Shown here piece after piece: positions 1 through 9,272 of a stretch of 25,267 bases of DNA. This stretch comes from Oligoflexus sp. (lineage in GTDB: Bacteria; Bdellovibrionota_B; Oligoflexia; Oligoflexales; Oligoflexaceae). Location: the NCBI GenBank assembly GCA_041736305.1, contig JBGSTX010000097.1, positions 1-25,267 of the forward strand, given 5' to 3'. Below the pieces are notes generated by a model. That model saw only the letters and a program-made list of their open reading frames with translations. It searched no databases and was not told the origin of the DNA. The translations under genes and the position numbers were made by a program. Numbering within the stretch: the first letter of the stretch is position 1; the number at the start of each line of letters is the position of its first letter.

Positions 1-1
1 G

Positions 2-418
2 CAGAAGATACTCGGTTCTTTCGATGGCAAGATATTCAAGCCGGCTCCCATCCTTGTGAGCTGCACCTGTACACGGGTCCCCATTACGGATGGGCATACA
101 GAAACCGTCTTTGTCGCCACAGAAAGACCGGTTACACCCGAAGCAGCAGCTGCTCTATTTCGCGAGTTTAAACCCGACTACGGCACGCTCCCATCGGCAC
201 CGAAGAATTTTTTCACGGTCCACGAAGATCCTTTTCATCCTCAGCCGCGGATTGACCGTGATCAGGAGCAGGGGATGACGACTCACGTTGGTCGGATCAG
301 GGTTGAAAAAGCACTGGGCGGCTTGAAATATGTCTTACTTTCCCACAATACCAAAGCTGGTGCCGCGCGAGGCGCCTTACTTGTCGCGGAACAACTTTGT
401 GCGCAGGGAATCATTTAG
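2..418 (+). CDS. asd: Aspartate-semialdehyde dehydrogenase, C-terminal part (5'-truncated by window edge)
   Basis: The frame is open from position 2 (QKILGSFDG...). It carries the motifs SCTCTRVPITDGHTETVFV, PQPRIDRD, VGRIR and SHNTKAGAARGALLVAE, typical of the ASADH dimerisation domain (archaeal/fungal-like subtype). Confidence 0.9.
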   Translation, partial: QKILGSFDGKIFKPAPILVSCTCTRVPITDGHTETVFVATERPVTPEAAAALFREFKPDYGTLPSAPKNFFTVHEDPFHPQPRIDRDQEQGMTTHVGRIRVEKALGGLKYVLLSHNTKAGAARGALLVAEQLCAQGII

Positions 419-433
419 AGAACTGGAAAGGCT

Positions 434-471
434 AAACGCTGTCTCAAAAAAACTTTTTTTAGACAGCGTTT
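434..471. terminator. Probable bidirectional intrinsic terminator between convergent asd and mnmG
   Basis: Perfect 11-bp inverted repeat AAACGCTGTCT (434-444) / AGACAGCGTTT (461-471) enclosing C-A7-C-T7, located in the 60-bp gap between two stop codons. Confidence 0.7.
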
Positions 472-478
472 TAAATAC

Positions 479-2332
479 TTAAGCACCAAGGCTAGCTGAA
501 AGGTGCACGTGAAGGATTTGGATCGCGGCCGGCGTGATACCACTGATGCGCGACGCTTGACCAAGATTTGCCGGTTGATGGCGGCGAAGTTTCTCGGTGA
601 CCTCTCGGCTGAGACCACTCACAGCTTCATAGCTGAGGTGCAGAGGGATCTTCACTCGTTCAAGCTGATCGGTGCTCCTAATCGCACGTCTCTCGCGCTC
701 GATATAGCCTTCATACTTCGTTTCAATTTCAAGCCGCCTTAGCACCGATCTCTCGAAATTTTGTAATGCCGGAACGTGGGGAGCAAGGTCAAAAATAGAA
801 ACCCGCGGCTTACGGAGAAGAGACTCGAGTTTAGTTCCGACATTGTCTTTAGCGTCGAGCAGACTCTGTGGTACATCGAGGCCATGCAGAGCTGTGGACC
901 GAACCGTCTGCAGAGCTTCTTCGAGCTGTGCTCTACGTCCGATGAAAGCTTCGTAGTCATCGGTGGTGACAAGCCCAATTTCACGACCTAAATCGGTAAG
1001 TCGTGAGTCTGCGTTATCTTCCCGCAAATAGAGCCTGTGCTCGGCTCTTGAGGTAAACATCCGATAGGGCTCTTGGGTTCCTTTGGTGACGAGGTCATCG
1101 ATCATCACACCGATGTAGGCGTTAGCACGGCTCAAAACCACTTCTGTTCGACCTTGAGCCCGACGCGCTGCATTGATACCAGCCATAAGACCCTGGGCCG
1201 CCGCTTCCTCGTAACCCGTAGTTCCGTTGATCTGTCCGGCCAGGAATAGTCCCTGGACACTTTTCGTTTCAAGTGTAGCCTTCAGCTCAGTCGGATCGAT
1301 GAAGTCGTACTCGATAGCATATCCAGGTCTTATAATAGCTGCTGATTCGAGCCCCGGGACCGTTTGAATGAATTCAATCTGTGCATGCAGAGGCAAAGAG
1401 GTCGACAACCCATTAGGATACACTTCACAGGTATCGTAGCCCTGCGGCTCGAGAAAAATCTGATGTTCCACTCGATCGGGAAACTTGACGACTTTGTCTT
1501 CGATAGAAGGACAGTAGCGAGGGCCAATCCCGACTATTTCCCCTGAATAGAGCGGCGACTCGCCAAGGTATTTTCGGATCACCTCATGAGTCTTCTCATT
1601 GGTGAAGGTGATATGCATCGGAATAAGCTTCTGAACGATGGCTTTGGTACTGAAGCTGAAGGGAATAATGTCTTCATCGGAATGTTGGGCTTCACAACGA
1701 GACCAATCAATGGTCTTACTGTCAAGTCGAGGTGTAGTCCCGGTTTTAAGGCGACCGACCCGAAACCCGTAGTCGCGTAGGAACTGGGCTAGTCCAATCG
1801 ATGGAGCATCCCCGGCTCGGCCTGCGCTGATTTTTTCGGAACCGATATGAATCAGACCGTTGAGGAAAGTCCCAGTCGTGATAACGATACTCTGCCCATA
1901 GAAACGGCCGAAGAGTCGAGTTTCGACGCCAACGACTTGATCCTTTCCTTCGAGAAGGAGGCCTTCAACGGTATCTTGTCGGATATGGAGCCTTTGCGTA
2001 TTTTCTAGGGTATGTTTCATCGATCGCCGATATAGATCCATATCAGCTTGGGCTCGAGAAGACCAAATTGCAGGACCTTTTTTTCGGTTGAGAATGCGGA
2101 ACTGGATACCGGTCTCGTCGATAGTCTTGGCCATCTGGCCACCCAGTGCGTCGATCTCTTTTACTAAATGTCCTTTGGCAGTCCCGCCGACAGCCGGGTT
2201 GCATGACATCGCCGCAATACGGTCTACAGCTTGAGTTACGAGTAAGGTCTCGCATCCCATGCGAGCTGCGGCTAGCGCCGCTTCGCAACCGGCATGCCCA
2301 CCACCGATCACTATCACATCAAAGCTTTTCAT
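479..2332 (-). CDS. mnmG: tRNA uridine-5-carboxymethylaminomethyl(34) synthesis enzyme MnmG (GidA)
   Basis: Motifs [10 protein letters not shown] (FAD binding), [46 protein letters not shown] and [11 protein letters not shown]. Start placed at ATG 2332 (MKSFDV), which has GAGAGG 5 nt upstream; the ORF track extends to 2380. Confidence 0.98.
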   Translation of the reverse strand: MKSFDVIVIGGGHAGCEAALAAARMGCETLLVTQAVDRIAAMSCNPAVGGTAKGHLVKEIDALGGQMAKTIDETGIQFRILNRKKGPAIWSSRAQADMDLYRRSMKHTLENTQRLHIRQDTVEGLLLEGKDQVVGVETRLFGRFYGQSIVITTGTFLNGLIHIGSEKISAGRAGDAPSIGLAQFLRDYGFRVGRLKTGTTPRLDSKTIDWSRCEAQHSDEDIIPFSFSTKAIVQKLIPMHITFTNEKTHEVIRKYLGESPLYSGEIVGIGPRYCPSIEDKVVKFPDRVEHQIFLEPQGYDTCEVYPNGLSTSLPLHAQIEFIQTVPGLESAAIIRPGYAIEYDFIDPTELKATLETKSVQGLFLAGQINGTTGYEEAAAQGLMAGINAARRAQGRTEVVLSRANAYIGVMIDDLVTKGTQEPYRMFTSRAEHRLYLREDNADSRLTDLGREIGLVTTDDYEAFIGRRAQLEEALQTVRSTALHGLDVPQSLLDAKDNVGTKLESLLRKPRVSIFDLAPHVPALQNFERSVLRRLEIETKYEGYIERERRAIRSTDQLERVKIPLHLSYEAVSGLSREVTEKLRRHQPANLGQASRISGITPAAIQILHVHLSASLGA

Positions 2333-2602
2333 AAGTGCCTCTCTCGCCGTCATGCTTCGTTCGTTCTTGATGAAGGCCATGTGCGCGGAAATCTGGTACT
2401 ATCTGAATAAGCCAAACATGACAAGATTTCTTGCTGAATAAATTCCAGCTGAGCGCTGATCCACTCTTGTTTTTCGCTAAAGTTTCCAAAGCTTGGACCA
2501 ACTTGCTATTTTTCTACCTATCGAGTAAGTGTGGTGCACGCGGATTCCTCGCTAGGCTAATTTGCTTATTACGAATTACCCAGGATCAAAAGGAAGATCA
2601 GA

Positions 2603-3709
2603 ATGGCCATTTTTAACGATTTGACGACTATGGGACACGAGCAAGTCGTTTTTTGTCACGACAAAACGACTGGCTTAAAGGCCATTATTGCCATTCACGA
2701 TACGACCCTGGGACCGGCTTTGGGCGGCTGTCGCATGTGGGATTATAAGTCCGACGAAGAAGCTTTGCGAGATGTCCTGCGTTTGTCACGAGGAATGACT
2801 TATAAAGCTGCAGTCAGCGGCCTCAACCTCGGCGGCGGAAAAGCCGTAATTATTGGCGATCCAAAGAAAATAAAAAGCGAAGCTCTCTTCAGGACTTTCG
2901 GCCGCTTTGTCGAAAGCCTAGGCGGACGATACATTACTGCCGAAGACGTCAACATTCGGGTTAGCGACATAGAACTGGTCGCGCTTGAAACCGCTTTTGT
3001 CTCTGGTATTACAAACAGAATCGGTGGCTCTGGCGACCCCTCACCTGTCACGGCTCTTGGTGTCTATCACGGAATCCGCGCATCGGTACTTTATAAGCTT
3101 CAAAAAGATTCATTAAAAGGTGTCAGCGTAGCAGTTCAAGGTTGTGGAGCCGTAGGCACCCACTTGGTCGAATACCTTGTTAACGATGGTGCAAAGGTTT
3201 TTGTTGCGGACATCGATGCGGACCGCGTTAAAGCGAATGTTAAGCAGTTCGGGGCCGAAGCCGCCTCCCTGCAGGATATCCATAAATTGCCTGTCGACGT
3301 CTACTCACCCTGCGCTCTCGGTGCTGTCTTGAACGAGCAGACCATACCTCAAATCCAGGCTGCGATAGTTGCCGGCGCTGCCAACAATCAGCTGCTCGAT
3401 GAAGATATCCATGGGCCGATGCTGAGAGAAAAAGGTGTGCTTTACGCGCCTGACTACGTAATCAACGCCGGCGGCTTGATGAACGTTTATCAAGAATTGC
3501 ACGGCTATGATGCCTTTGTCGCCAAGCGCAAGGCAGCGGGAATCTACGATACTCTGCTGGCTATCTATCGCGATGCCGATGAAAAAGGCATTACAACCAA
3601 CCAGTCTTCGAATCTTTTAGCGGAAAAGCGCGTGGCATCAGTCCGTAATATGAGCGATCTGCGCAATACCCTTAAGACACAAAAGTGGGCACAGGATCGC
3701 TTTTCTTGA
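2603..3709 (+). CDS. Glu/Leu/Phe/Val dehydrogenase, most likely leucine dehydrogenase
   Basis: Motifs HEQVVFCHD, GPALGGCRMWDY, LSRGMTYKAA, GGGKAVIIGDP, YITAEDV, GDPSPVTA and YAPDYVINAGG. AAGGAAG SD-like sequence upstream. Confidence 0.93.
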   Translation: MAIFNDLTTMGHEQVVFCHDKTTGLKAIIAIHDTTLGPALGGCRMWDYKSDEEALRDVLRLSRGMTYKAAVSGLNLGGGKAVIIGDPKKIKSEALFRTFGRFVESLGGRYITAEDVNIRVSDIELVALETAFVSGITNRIGGSGDPSPVTALGVYHGIRASVLYKLQKDSLKGVSVAVQGCGAVGTHLVEYLVNDGAKVFVADIDADRVKANVKQFGAEAASLQDIHKLPVDVYSPCALGAVLNEQTIPQIQAAIVAGAANNQLLDEDIHGPMLREKGVLYAPDYVINAGGLMNVYQELHGYDAFVAKRKAAGIYDTLLAIYRDADEKGITTNQSSNLLAEKRVASVRNMSDLRNTLKTQKWAQDRFS

Positions 3710-3730
3710 GCTCTGTTGCATGAACGCAAG

Positions 3731-3755
3731 GAGAGAACTCATCATGAGCTCTCTC
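3731..3755 (-). terminator. Hairpin between the convergent dehydrogenase and COG3014 genes
   Basis: On the - strand GAGAGAGCTCA-TGA-TGAGTTCTCTC forms an 11-bp stem with one G-U pair. There is no strong U-tract. Confidence 0.45.
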
Positions 3756-5071
3756 TATCCATGGACACGAACGATCTGCAGTTGACCCGCCTGTAGCCTG
3801 ACCGACTTGATCCCAACGACTCGTCCATCATTATAGATCGTAACGCTGTGCTCCCCCGCTTTCAGGGTGACGCGGGTCACGACGAACGCGGCTGGAAGCA
3901 GAGTCCACGAACGGGTATCGGCTGTTTCCGTGACTGCCCCGTAGAGATTACCGACCAGACCCCCTAGCGGTCCGAACTCCTTCTGAGCTTTCTGGGTAAG
4001 CTGCCCTTTGAGGAGCAAGCGGGCGCCAGACTTGAGGACCGTCCGAGTTCGCCGGTCGTCGAGCGTTTTTGAGGCTATAAGATTCAAGTTCTGCCCCAGT
4101 TCGCCGTAAGTGCTCGCTTGCCCATCGACGGTTACCCCAGTTCTTCCGTAGGGGTAGCTGAACGCCCGAATCGCCGGAAATGAAAAGCGGACTAACTGCC
4201 CTCCCAGTGGCAGCATGAATTCTGCGCGTTCCTTTCGGTTGATATGACCGACTTCATGAATGATGACGAGTTCGGCTTCGCTTGAATCTCTAGCTTCTTT
4301 CGGCGAAAGATTGATCTTATAAGTATCCTTCAGCTGCTGAGCTTCGCTCTGGCGCGAGCGTCTGATGAGCAGTTTATAGAGAGCATGCACCAGCTGATCA
4401 GGTACGGGGTTTGCGAAAAACTTTGCGTAGTCGTTTTCATAGACCTTCAAAGCATTTCTATAATCGACGATCGCACTATCATCTTCGCCCCGCGATTCAT
4501 AAATCATCGCAGCCAGATAGCGAGCGTAGGCGTCCTCCTTGTAATGGTTCTTATTTTCCTCATAAAATCCGTTGATTTCCGAGAGTCTCGAATTGATCTT
4601 AAGAGCCTCGACTCGCGCAGCGTCGAGCCTGCCATCCTCTATGAAAGAATGAGCCAACATCGTATGGACGGCGACCTTCTCGTAGTCTTCACCCGCATAG
4701 CTTTGCGCCCCTTCGTTGTAGAAGTAGGTCGCAGCCTCCTTACTCACACTCGTGGTATATAGCTTGTCGATAAGCTGGTCGGACTTTAAAAGAAGTTGGC
4801 GAGAGTCATCCCGCTGACTGAGCCGATCGAGTATCATGGCGCGTTCAAGAAAATAAAGGAGCTGGTTCCGCGACTGCTCCTTAATATCAGAGCCATCGAG
4901 CTTGCTGAGAGCTTGCTCATAGTTTCCTGATCGATAGGCGGAAACGACTTCTCGCGTCTCGTCAGTATAAGACGCGCAAGCCCCTAGCCCTAAGCTGAGG
5001 GCTGCGACCAGCAAGGAAGCTCTGATCTTTGGGCTTTTAGCCTTAGAGTACAATGCGAGATTCAAAACCAT
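3755..5071 (-). CDS. COG3014-family TPR-like lipoprotein
   Basis: Lipobox LGLGA|C after a hydrophobic stretch. Motifs Y.GEDYEK, A.VEA, AIVDYRNAL and TETADTRSWTLLP are characteristic of COG3014 proteins. The start overlaps the upstream gene's stop (TGATG). Confidence 0.75.
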   Translation of the reverse strand: MVLNLALYSKAKSPKIRASLLVAALSLGLGACASYTDETREVVSAYRSGNYEQALSKLDGSDIKEQSRNQLLYFLERAMILDRLSQRDDSRQLLLKSDQLIDKLYTTSVSKEAATYFYNEGAQSYAGEDYEKVAVHTMLAHSFIEDGRLDAARVEALKINSRLSEINGFYEENKNHYKEDAYARYLAAMIYESRGEDDSAIVDYRNALKVYENDYAKFFANPVPDQLVHALYKLLIRRSRQSEAQQLKDTYKINLSPKEARDSSEAELVIIHEVGHINRKERAEFMLPLGGQLVRFSFPAIRAFSYPYGRTGVTVDGQASTYGELGQNLNLIASKTLDDRRTRTVLKSGARLLLKGQLTQKAQKEFGPLGGLVGNLYGAVTETADTRSWTLLPAAFVVTRVTLKAGEHSVTIYNDGRVVGIKSVRLQAGQLQIVRVHG

Positions 5072-5694
5072 CAGAGTCCTGCGCCCGAGCGCTTGAAGCG
5101 TTTCTTGATTAGCTCCTTGCCGCTCCAGATCATTTCCGTGGTTTCAAGATCGGTCAGGTTCATCGCGGTCTGGTAGGTCACCGTTTTCAAACCACCTTGG
5201 GAGTGCACAGAGCTGGAAATTGCGCCGCCCAACATGAAATCAGCCCCGATCTGCTTGCCTAGCTTTTTCTTGCTGTCCTCGGCGGTTGTCCCGGAATTTT
5301 GGTACTTTATCTCATCGAGTATTTGCTTGCGCTTCTCGGCATTGAGAAACCGCACTTTTCCAGAATTAATCAATTCATCCTGCATAAATTCGGTGAGAGC
5401 CTTGGTGTCGATGTGTTCGTCGGTCCGGTTCGCGACATCATCGACGATCACAACTGGCTTTTTCTTAAATTTATCCTCGTAGATCGCCAGCCATGGTTTG
5501 CTTAGAACCTGCTGAATCAGGGAACTAGCTGTCTTGCGGGCATCGGTCTCATTCCACTTATCATCGACTATTTCCGCCTGGGCGGGATCGCTATAAGTTC
5601 CTTCAAAATCTGGCGAACAAGCTCCTAAAGTCAGACCCATAGCCAGCGCTTGCAGGGCTTGCATCCAAATCCGTCCATCGATCGGCATCCGCAT
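5071..5694 (-). CDS. Penicillin-binding protein activator LpoB-family lipoprotein (COG3417)
   Basis: Lipobox LTLGA|C, motifs NRTDEHIDT, ELINSGKVRF, GKQIGADFMLGGAISS and LTDLET.E.IW. Start placed at ATG 5694, which has AGGAG upstream; other starts (5715, 5688, 5664) are possible. Confidence 0.8.
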   Translation of the reverse strand: MRMPIDGRIWMQALQALAMGLTLGACSPDFEGTYSDPAQAEIVDDKWNETDARKTASSLIQQVLSKPWLAIYEDKFKKKPVVIVDDVANRTDEHIDTKALTEFMQDELINSGKVRFLNAEKRKQILDEIKYQNSGTTAEDSKKKLGKQIGADFMLGGAISSSVHSQGGLKTVTYQTAMNLTDLETTEMIWSGKELIKKRFKRSGAGL

Positions 5695-5857
5695 GGTATC
5701 GCGTCTCCTAAGCAAAATCTTATCTCTTCACCTAACCATAAGCATGATAAATTATTTCTAAGATTCTGCAGCAAGAATTAATGAAAGCCCGGGCGTATCT
5801 CGGCGTGGCTGCCAGCGGAGCAACGCGCTTTCGTTAGCGACTTTGGAGAAGAGACCC

Positions 5858-6352
5858 ATGAAATTGCTACTCAGTTCGCTCTTGGTGATCAGCCCCTTAC
5901 TCACGGCGGCTGCTTCGGGTGGTCGCAGTGTTTATCTCAACGGTGTGGATATATCAGCCGCGAAAAACCAGGCGCTTTCCCAGGCGGACATTAAAATCGA
6001 CAGTAAAGGAGACATCTATATTTCGGCTCCTCAGTACGAGGTCCAGCAGGAGTCGACGTTTGTCCCCCTCGGGAGGCAGCAGATCGGCCAATCGTCCGCT
6101 ATTGAGCACAAAAAGGCGGGTGCCCTTCACCGTAAAGCTCAGGCCCCAAGCGCGGCTGAGCCAGCTGAAGAACTTGTTTCTCCCAGCGAAACAGGCGATA
6201 CCTTAAGTCAGCCTGAAGCGAGTGAACCGCCTTCCGAAGCGCGGGCCCAAATGAACGCTAAGGAAGGGACAAGGACGGTACCCGATGCCAACGCTAGAAA
6301 CCCCGGAGAACCTGGCGCAGCGCTACCAGGAGCTACTCCAGCAAATCCATAA
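5858..6352 (+). CDS. Hypothetical exported protein with a small beta-rich N-terminal domain and a Pro/Ala/Glu-rich disordered tail
   Basis: ATG 5858 follows GGAGAAG. Signal peptide-like MKLLLSSLLVISPLLTAAAS, then SVYLNGVDIS...IKIDSKGDIYISAPQYEV, then a low-complexity C-terminus. Confidence 0.7.
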   Translation: MKLLLSSLLVISPLLTAAASGGRSVYLNGVDISAAKNQALSQADIKIDSKGDIYISAPQYEVQQESTFVPLGRQQIGQSSAIEHKKAGALHRKAQAPSAAEPAEELVSPSETGDTLSQPEASEPPSEARAQMNAKEGTRTVPDANARNPGEPGAALPGATPANP

Positions 6353-6980
6353 ATTCAGCCCTGATCCAGCCAATCCAGCCCAACTCCTGGCGGTAAGTAA
6401 AGGTCAGTCCGCAGCGCGGATACGCGAACTGGCCCAACTCGGCCAGGTTCGCTTTGGCGAAAATTATGCGCAAGAACTATGGGATAAGGTACCTGAGCTC
6501 GCAGACTTAAGCTTGCAATGGGTCTATATTGGCCACCTGCAGTCCAATAAGATCCGGCGCCTGGTCGAGAGCACCGTTGAAATTCAAACCCTTAGCCAAT
6601 GGTCTCATGCGATTCAAATTGCTCGTGCCGCAAGCGCACTAGGACGTGCTCCCTTCTCTGTTTATCTCGAAATCAAGGTTGATGATGAGCCGAAGAAGAG
6701 CGGTTTAAGCCGGGATGAGATCTTACCTCTTGCCGCGCGCATCTCTAAGGAACTGCCTGAACTGCGCCTTCGAGGCCTTATGGCAATACCACCAAGTTCT
6801 TATCAGGATCACCTACAGGCCGTCGTTCCCGAGCTCTACCTTCACCTGCGGCGCTTGGCTGATCAGATTGGAGACCGTCAACTTTCACTAGGTATGTCGG
6901 GTGACCTTCGACTCGCTCTAGGAGCGGGTTCGAACGTGCTTCGCATTGGACGGGCTTTGCTGGGGGAGCGGGCGCCTTAA
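6285..6980 (+). CDS. yggS: Pyridoxal phosphate homeostasis protein (YggS/PLPBP family)
   Basis: Motifs LLAVSK (PLP lysine), FGENYAQE, IGHLQSNK, KSG, LRGLMAIP, LSLGMSGD and LRIGRALLG. Confidence 0.95.
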   Translation: MPTLETPENLAQRYQELLQQIHKFSPDPANPAQLLAVSKGQSAARIRELAQLGQVRFGENYAQELWDKVPELADLSLQWVYIGHLQSNKIRRLVESTVEIQTLSQWSHAIQIARAASALGRAPFSVYLEIKVDDEPKKSGLSRDEILPLAARISKELPELRLRGLMAIPPSSYQDHLQAVVPELYLHLRRLADQIGDRQLSLGMSGDLRLALGAGSNVLRIGRALLGERAP

Positions 6981-7097
6981 GACTCGCCGCGAAGCATCCA
7001 GTCTGCTAATCTCAAAGCCCTCGGTGGTCGCAACTCTGCCCACATGCGTGCGATATACGCAGGGGATTCATCCAGTATCTGCTTAGCGAGGAATCAT

Positions 7098-9176
7098 ATG
7101 ACTCAAAGCGACAATCCCCTCATCGGAAATTTGGGGCTACCTCACTTCAATAAAATAACTCCGGCTCATGTAAAACCAGCTGTCGACCATGTACTGGCCC
7201 ATTGTGAAAAAGCTCTACAAAAGCTCGAGACGGTCAGCAACCCAAGCTGGAAAGCTCTGCTAGAACCTTTGGAAAAGATCAAGCGGGAGCTGCATAGTAC
7301 ATGGAGCCCGGTTCAGCACCTGATCGGAGTCAAAAATTCGCCGGAACTTCGGGAAGTTTACGAGGCCACTCTACCTTTGATGGTGAGCTTTTCACTGCGG
7401 GTTTCACAAAGCCGGGCTATTTTTAGCGCTCTGAAAAAGCTGCATGACGGCCCCTCGTGGTCCGGTCTTAATCCTGCTCAGCAGCGCGTTGTGCACCATA
7501 TGATGCTCAACGCCCGACTTTCAGGCATTGAACTCGAAGGCAAAGCTCAGGAACGCTTCAACGAAATCTCCCGGCGCCTCTCGCAGCTCCAGACGAGCTT
7601 TTCTAATAATGTTCTCGACGCAACGAAAGCTTTTGAGCTCCTCATTCGCGATCCGAAGGACGTCGCAGGGATTCCTGAGACTTTTCGAGGCATTTGGTCA
7701 TCCAACTACAATCAGAGGCATCCGGGAGATACCCAAAGCAACCCCGACCAGGGGCCCTGGAGTGTTACCCTTGATTTTGCCAGTTATATGCCTTTTCTGA
7801 AGTACTGCCAGAATCGGGCTCTGCGAGAAAAATTGTACCGGGCATACATCACCAGGTCTTCTGTGGGTCCGCACGACAATACCCCGAGCCTCTATGAAAT
7901 CTTGCGGCTCCGTCGCGAACAAGCGCAGCTCTTGGGTTACGAAAGTTACGCAGAAGTGAGTCTAGCGATGAAGATGGCTGGATCCATCGATGCCGTCGAC
8001 TCCCTATTGCAAGACCTTGCCAAAGCATCGCAAATGACCGCGCGAAAGGACCTCGAGGAATTGCGGCAGTTTGCCAAAGAGCTCGGGCTCACCGAGACTT
8101 TTATGAATTGGGACAGCAATTTCTATTTGGAAAAAATGCGCCAGAAGAAGTTCGATTTTAGCGACGACGAACTCCGTCCTTACTTCCCGCTACCCCGTGT
8201 TCTCGACGGCCTTTTTAAGCTGGTGAACAAGCTCTTTGGGATCACCGTTCTCGAAAGCGAAAAGCCGATCGAACGCTGGCATTCAGATGTGCAGTACTTC
8301 GACGTTTTTGATGAAAATAAGCGCAAAATCGCCGGCTTCTATCTTGACCCATACTCACGGCCTTCCGAAAAGCGGGGTGGGGCCTGGATGGATACCTGCT
8401 TAGACCGTGGCCACGACGATGGTGGGCGAGAGATTCTTCCCATCGCCTATCTCGTCTGCAACGGCACTCCACCGATCGGTTCAACCCCATCCCTTTTAAG
8501 CTTCGAGGAAGTTGAGACTCTCTTTCACGAGTTCGGGCACGGACTTCAACACATGCTCACCAGAATCGACCAACTTGATGTGGCCGGAATCAACGGTATC
8601 GAGTGGGATGCTGTCGAGCTTGCCAGCCAGTTTATGGAAAATTGGTGCTATCAGAAATCTGTCATGAAAAGCCTTACGCGCCATATCCGTAGCGGTGAAT
8701 CGCTGCCCGACGATCTATTCCAGAAAATCTATCAGGCCAAAACCTTCAACGCAGCTAACGCGATGGTGAGACAACTCCACTTTGCGATGGTCGATATGGA
8801 ACTCCATCATCGCCTCGATCCGGAAAAGAAAGAAACCATAGAAGAGGTCAATCGGCGGATAGCCTCCCGGGTTTGCGTCCTACAGCCCCTGCCAGAGGAT
8901 CGCTCCCTCTGTACATTTGAGCATATTTTTTCTGGGTCATACGCAGCTGGCTACTACAGTTACAAATGGGCCGAGGTGCTCAGCGCCGACGCCTTTAGTC
9001 GCTTTGAAGAAGAGGGCCTAGACGAGAAGAATGTGGCCCGCGTTGGCCGTGACTTTCGAGAAACGGTCCTCGCCTTAGGCGGAAGTCTGCATCCGATGGA
9101 TGTATTCACCCGCTTTCGGGGTAGGCCGCCTCGGGTCGAGGCCCTCTTGCGTCACAACGGATTGGAAACCGCTTAG
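7098..9176 (+). CDS. prlC: Oligopeptidase A (peptidase family M3A)
   Basis: Zinc motif TLFHEFGHGLQH, plus KRGGAWM, WDAVELASQFMENW and YAAGYYSYKWAEVL. Start at ATG 7098 (MTQSDNPL), which follows GAGGA. Confidence 0.95.
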   Translation: MTQSDNPLIGNLGLPHFNKITPAHVKPAVDHVLAHCEKALQKLETVSNPSWKALLEPLEKIKRELHSTWSPVQHLIGVKNSPELREVYEATLPLMVSFSLRVSQSRAIFSALKKLHDGPSWSGLNPAQQRVVHHMMLNARLSGIELEGKAQERFNEISRRLSQLQTSFSNNVLDATKAFELLIRDPKDVAGIPETFRGIWSSNYNQRHPGDTQSNPDQGPWSVTLDFASYMPFLKYCQNRALREKLYRAYITRSSVGPHDNTPSLYEILRLRREQAQLLGYESYAEVSLAMKMAGSIDAVDSLLQDLAKASQMTARKDLEELRQFAKELGLTETFMNWDSNFYLEKMRQKKFDFSDDELRPYFPLPRVLDGLFKLVNKLFGITVLESEKPIERWHSDVQYFDVFDENKRKIAGFYLDPYSRPSEKRGGAWMDTCLDRGHDDGGREILPIAYLVCNGTPPIGSTPSLLSFEEVETLFHEFGHGLQHMLTRIDQLDVAGINGIEWDAVELASQFMENWCYQKSVMKSLTRHIRSGESLPDDLFQKIYQAKTFNAANAMVRQLHFAMVDMELHHRLDPEKKETIEEVNRRIASRVCVLQPLPEDRSLCTFEHIFSGSYAAGYYSYKWAEVLSADAFSRFEEEGLDEKNVARVGRDFRETVLALGGSLHPMDVFTRFRGRPPRVEALLRHNGLETA

Positions 9177-9183
9177 AACCGGT

Positions 9184-9231
9184 CGCAGGGCACCCCAAAT
9201 TCGAAAAGGGGGTCGCCTTGCGCCTCTTTTT
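9184..9231 (+). terminator. Probable intrinsic terminator after prlC
   Basis: CGCAGGGCACCCC...GGGGTCGCCTTGCG stem-loop followed by CCTCTTTTT. Confidence 0.5.
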
Positions 9232-9272
9232 CTGTAAGAATGGTAGAGACTGTTTTAAGTTGGAGGTTTCCT

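Noticed and set aside
2333..2602. Possible oriC beside mnmG
   Set aside because: The best DnaA-box candidates are TGATCCACT (2 mismatches) and TGTGGTGCA (3 mismatches). There is no box cluster, unwinding repeat, dnaA or parAB.
2381..2602. sigma54 promoter for leucine dehydrogenase
   Set aside because: Candidate GG...TTGC pairs (TGGACCAACTTGC, AGGCTAATTTGC) have 8- and 7-nt spacing instead of the required GG-N10-GC.
5800..5830. Glutamine (glnA-motif) riboswitch suggested by the ending GAGCAACGCG
   Set aside because: It lacks the 5' CGTT strand and the E-loop (GGAAGTAA) elements of that class, and no nitrogen-metabolism gene follows.
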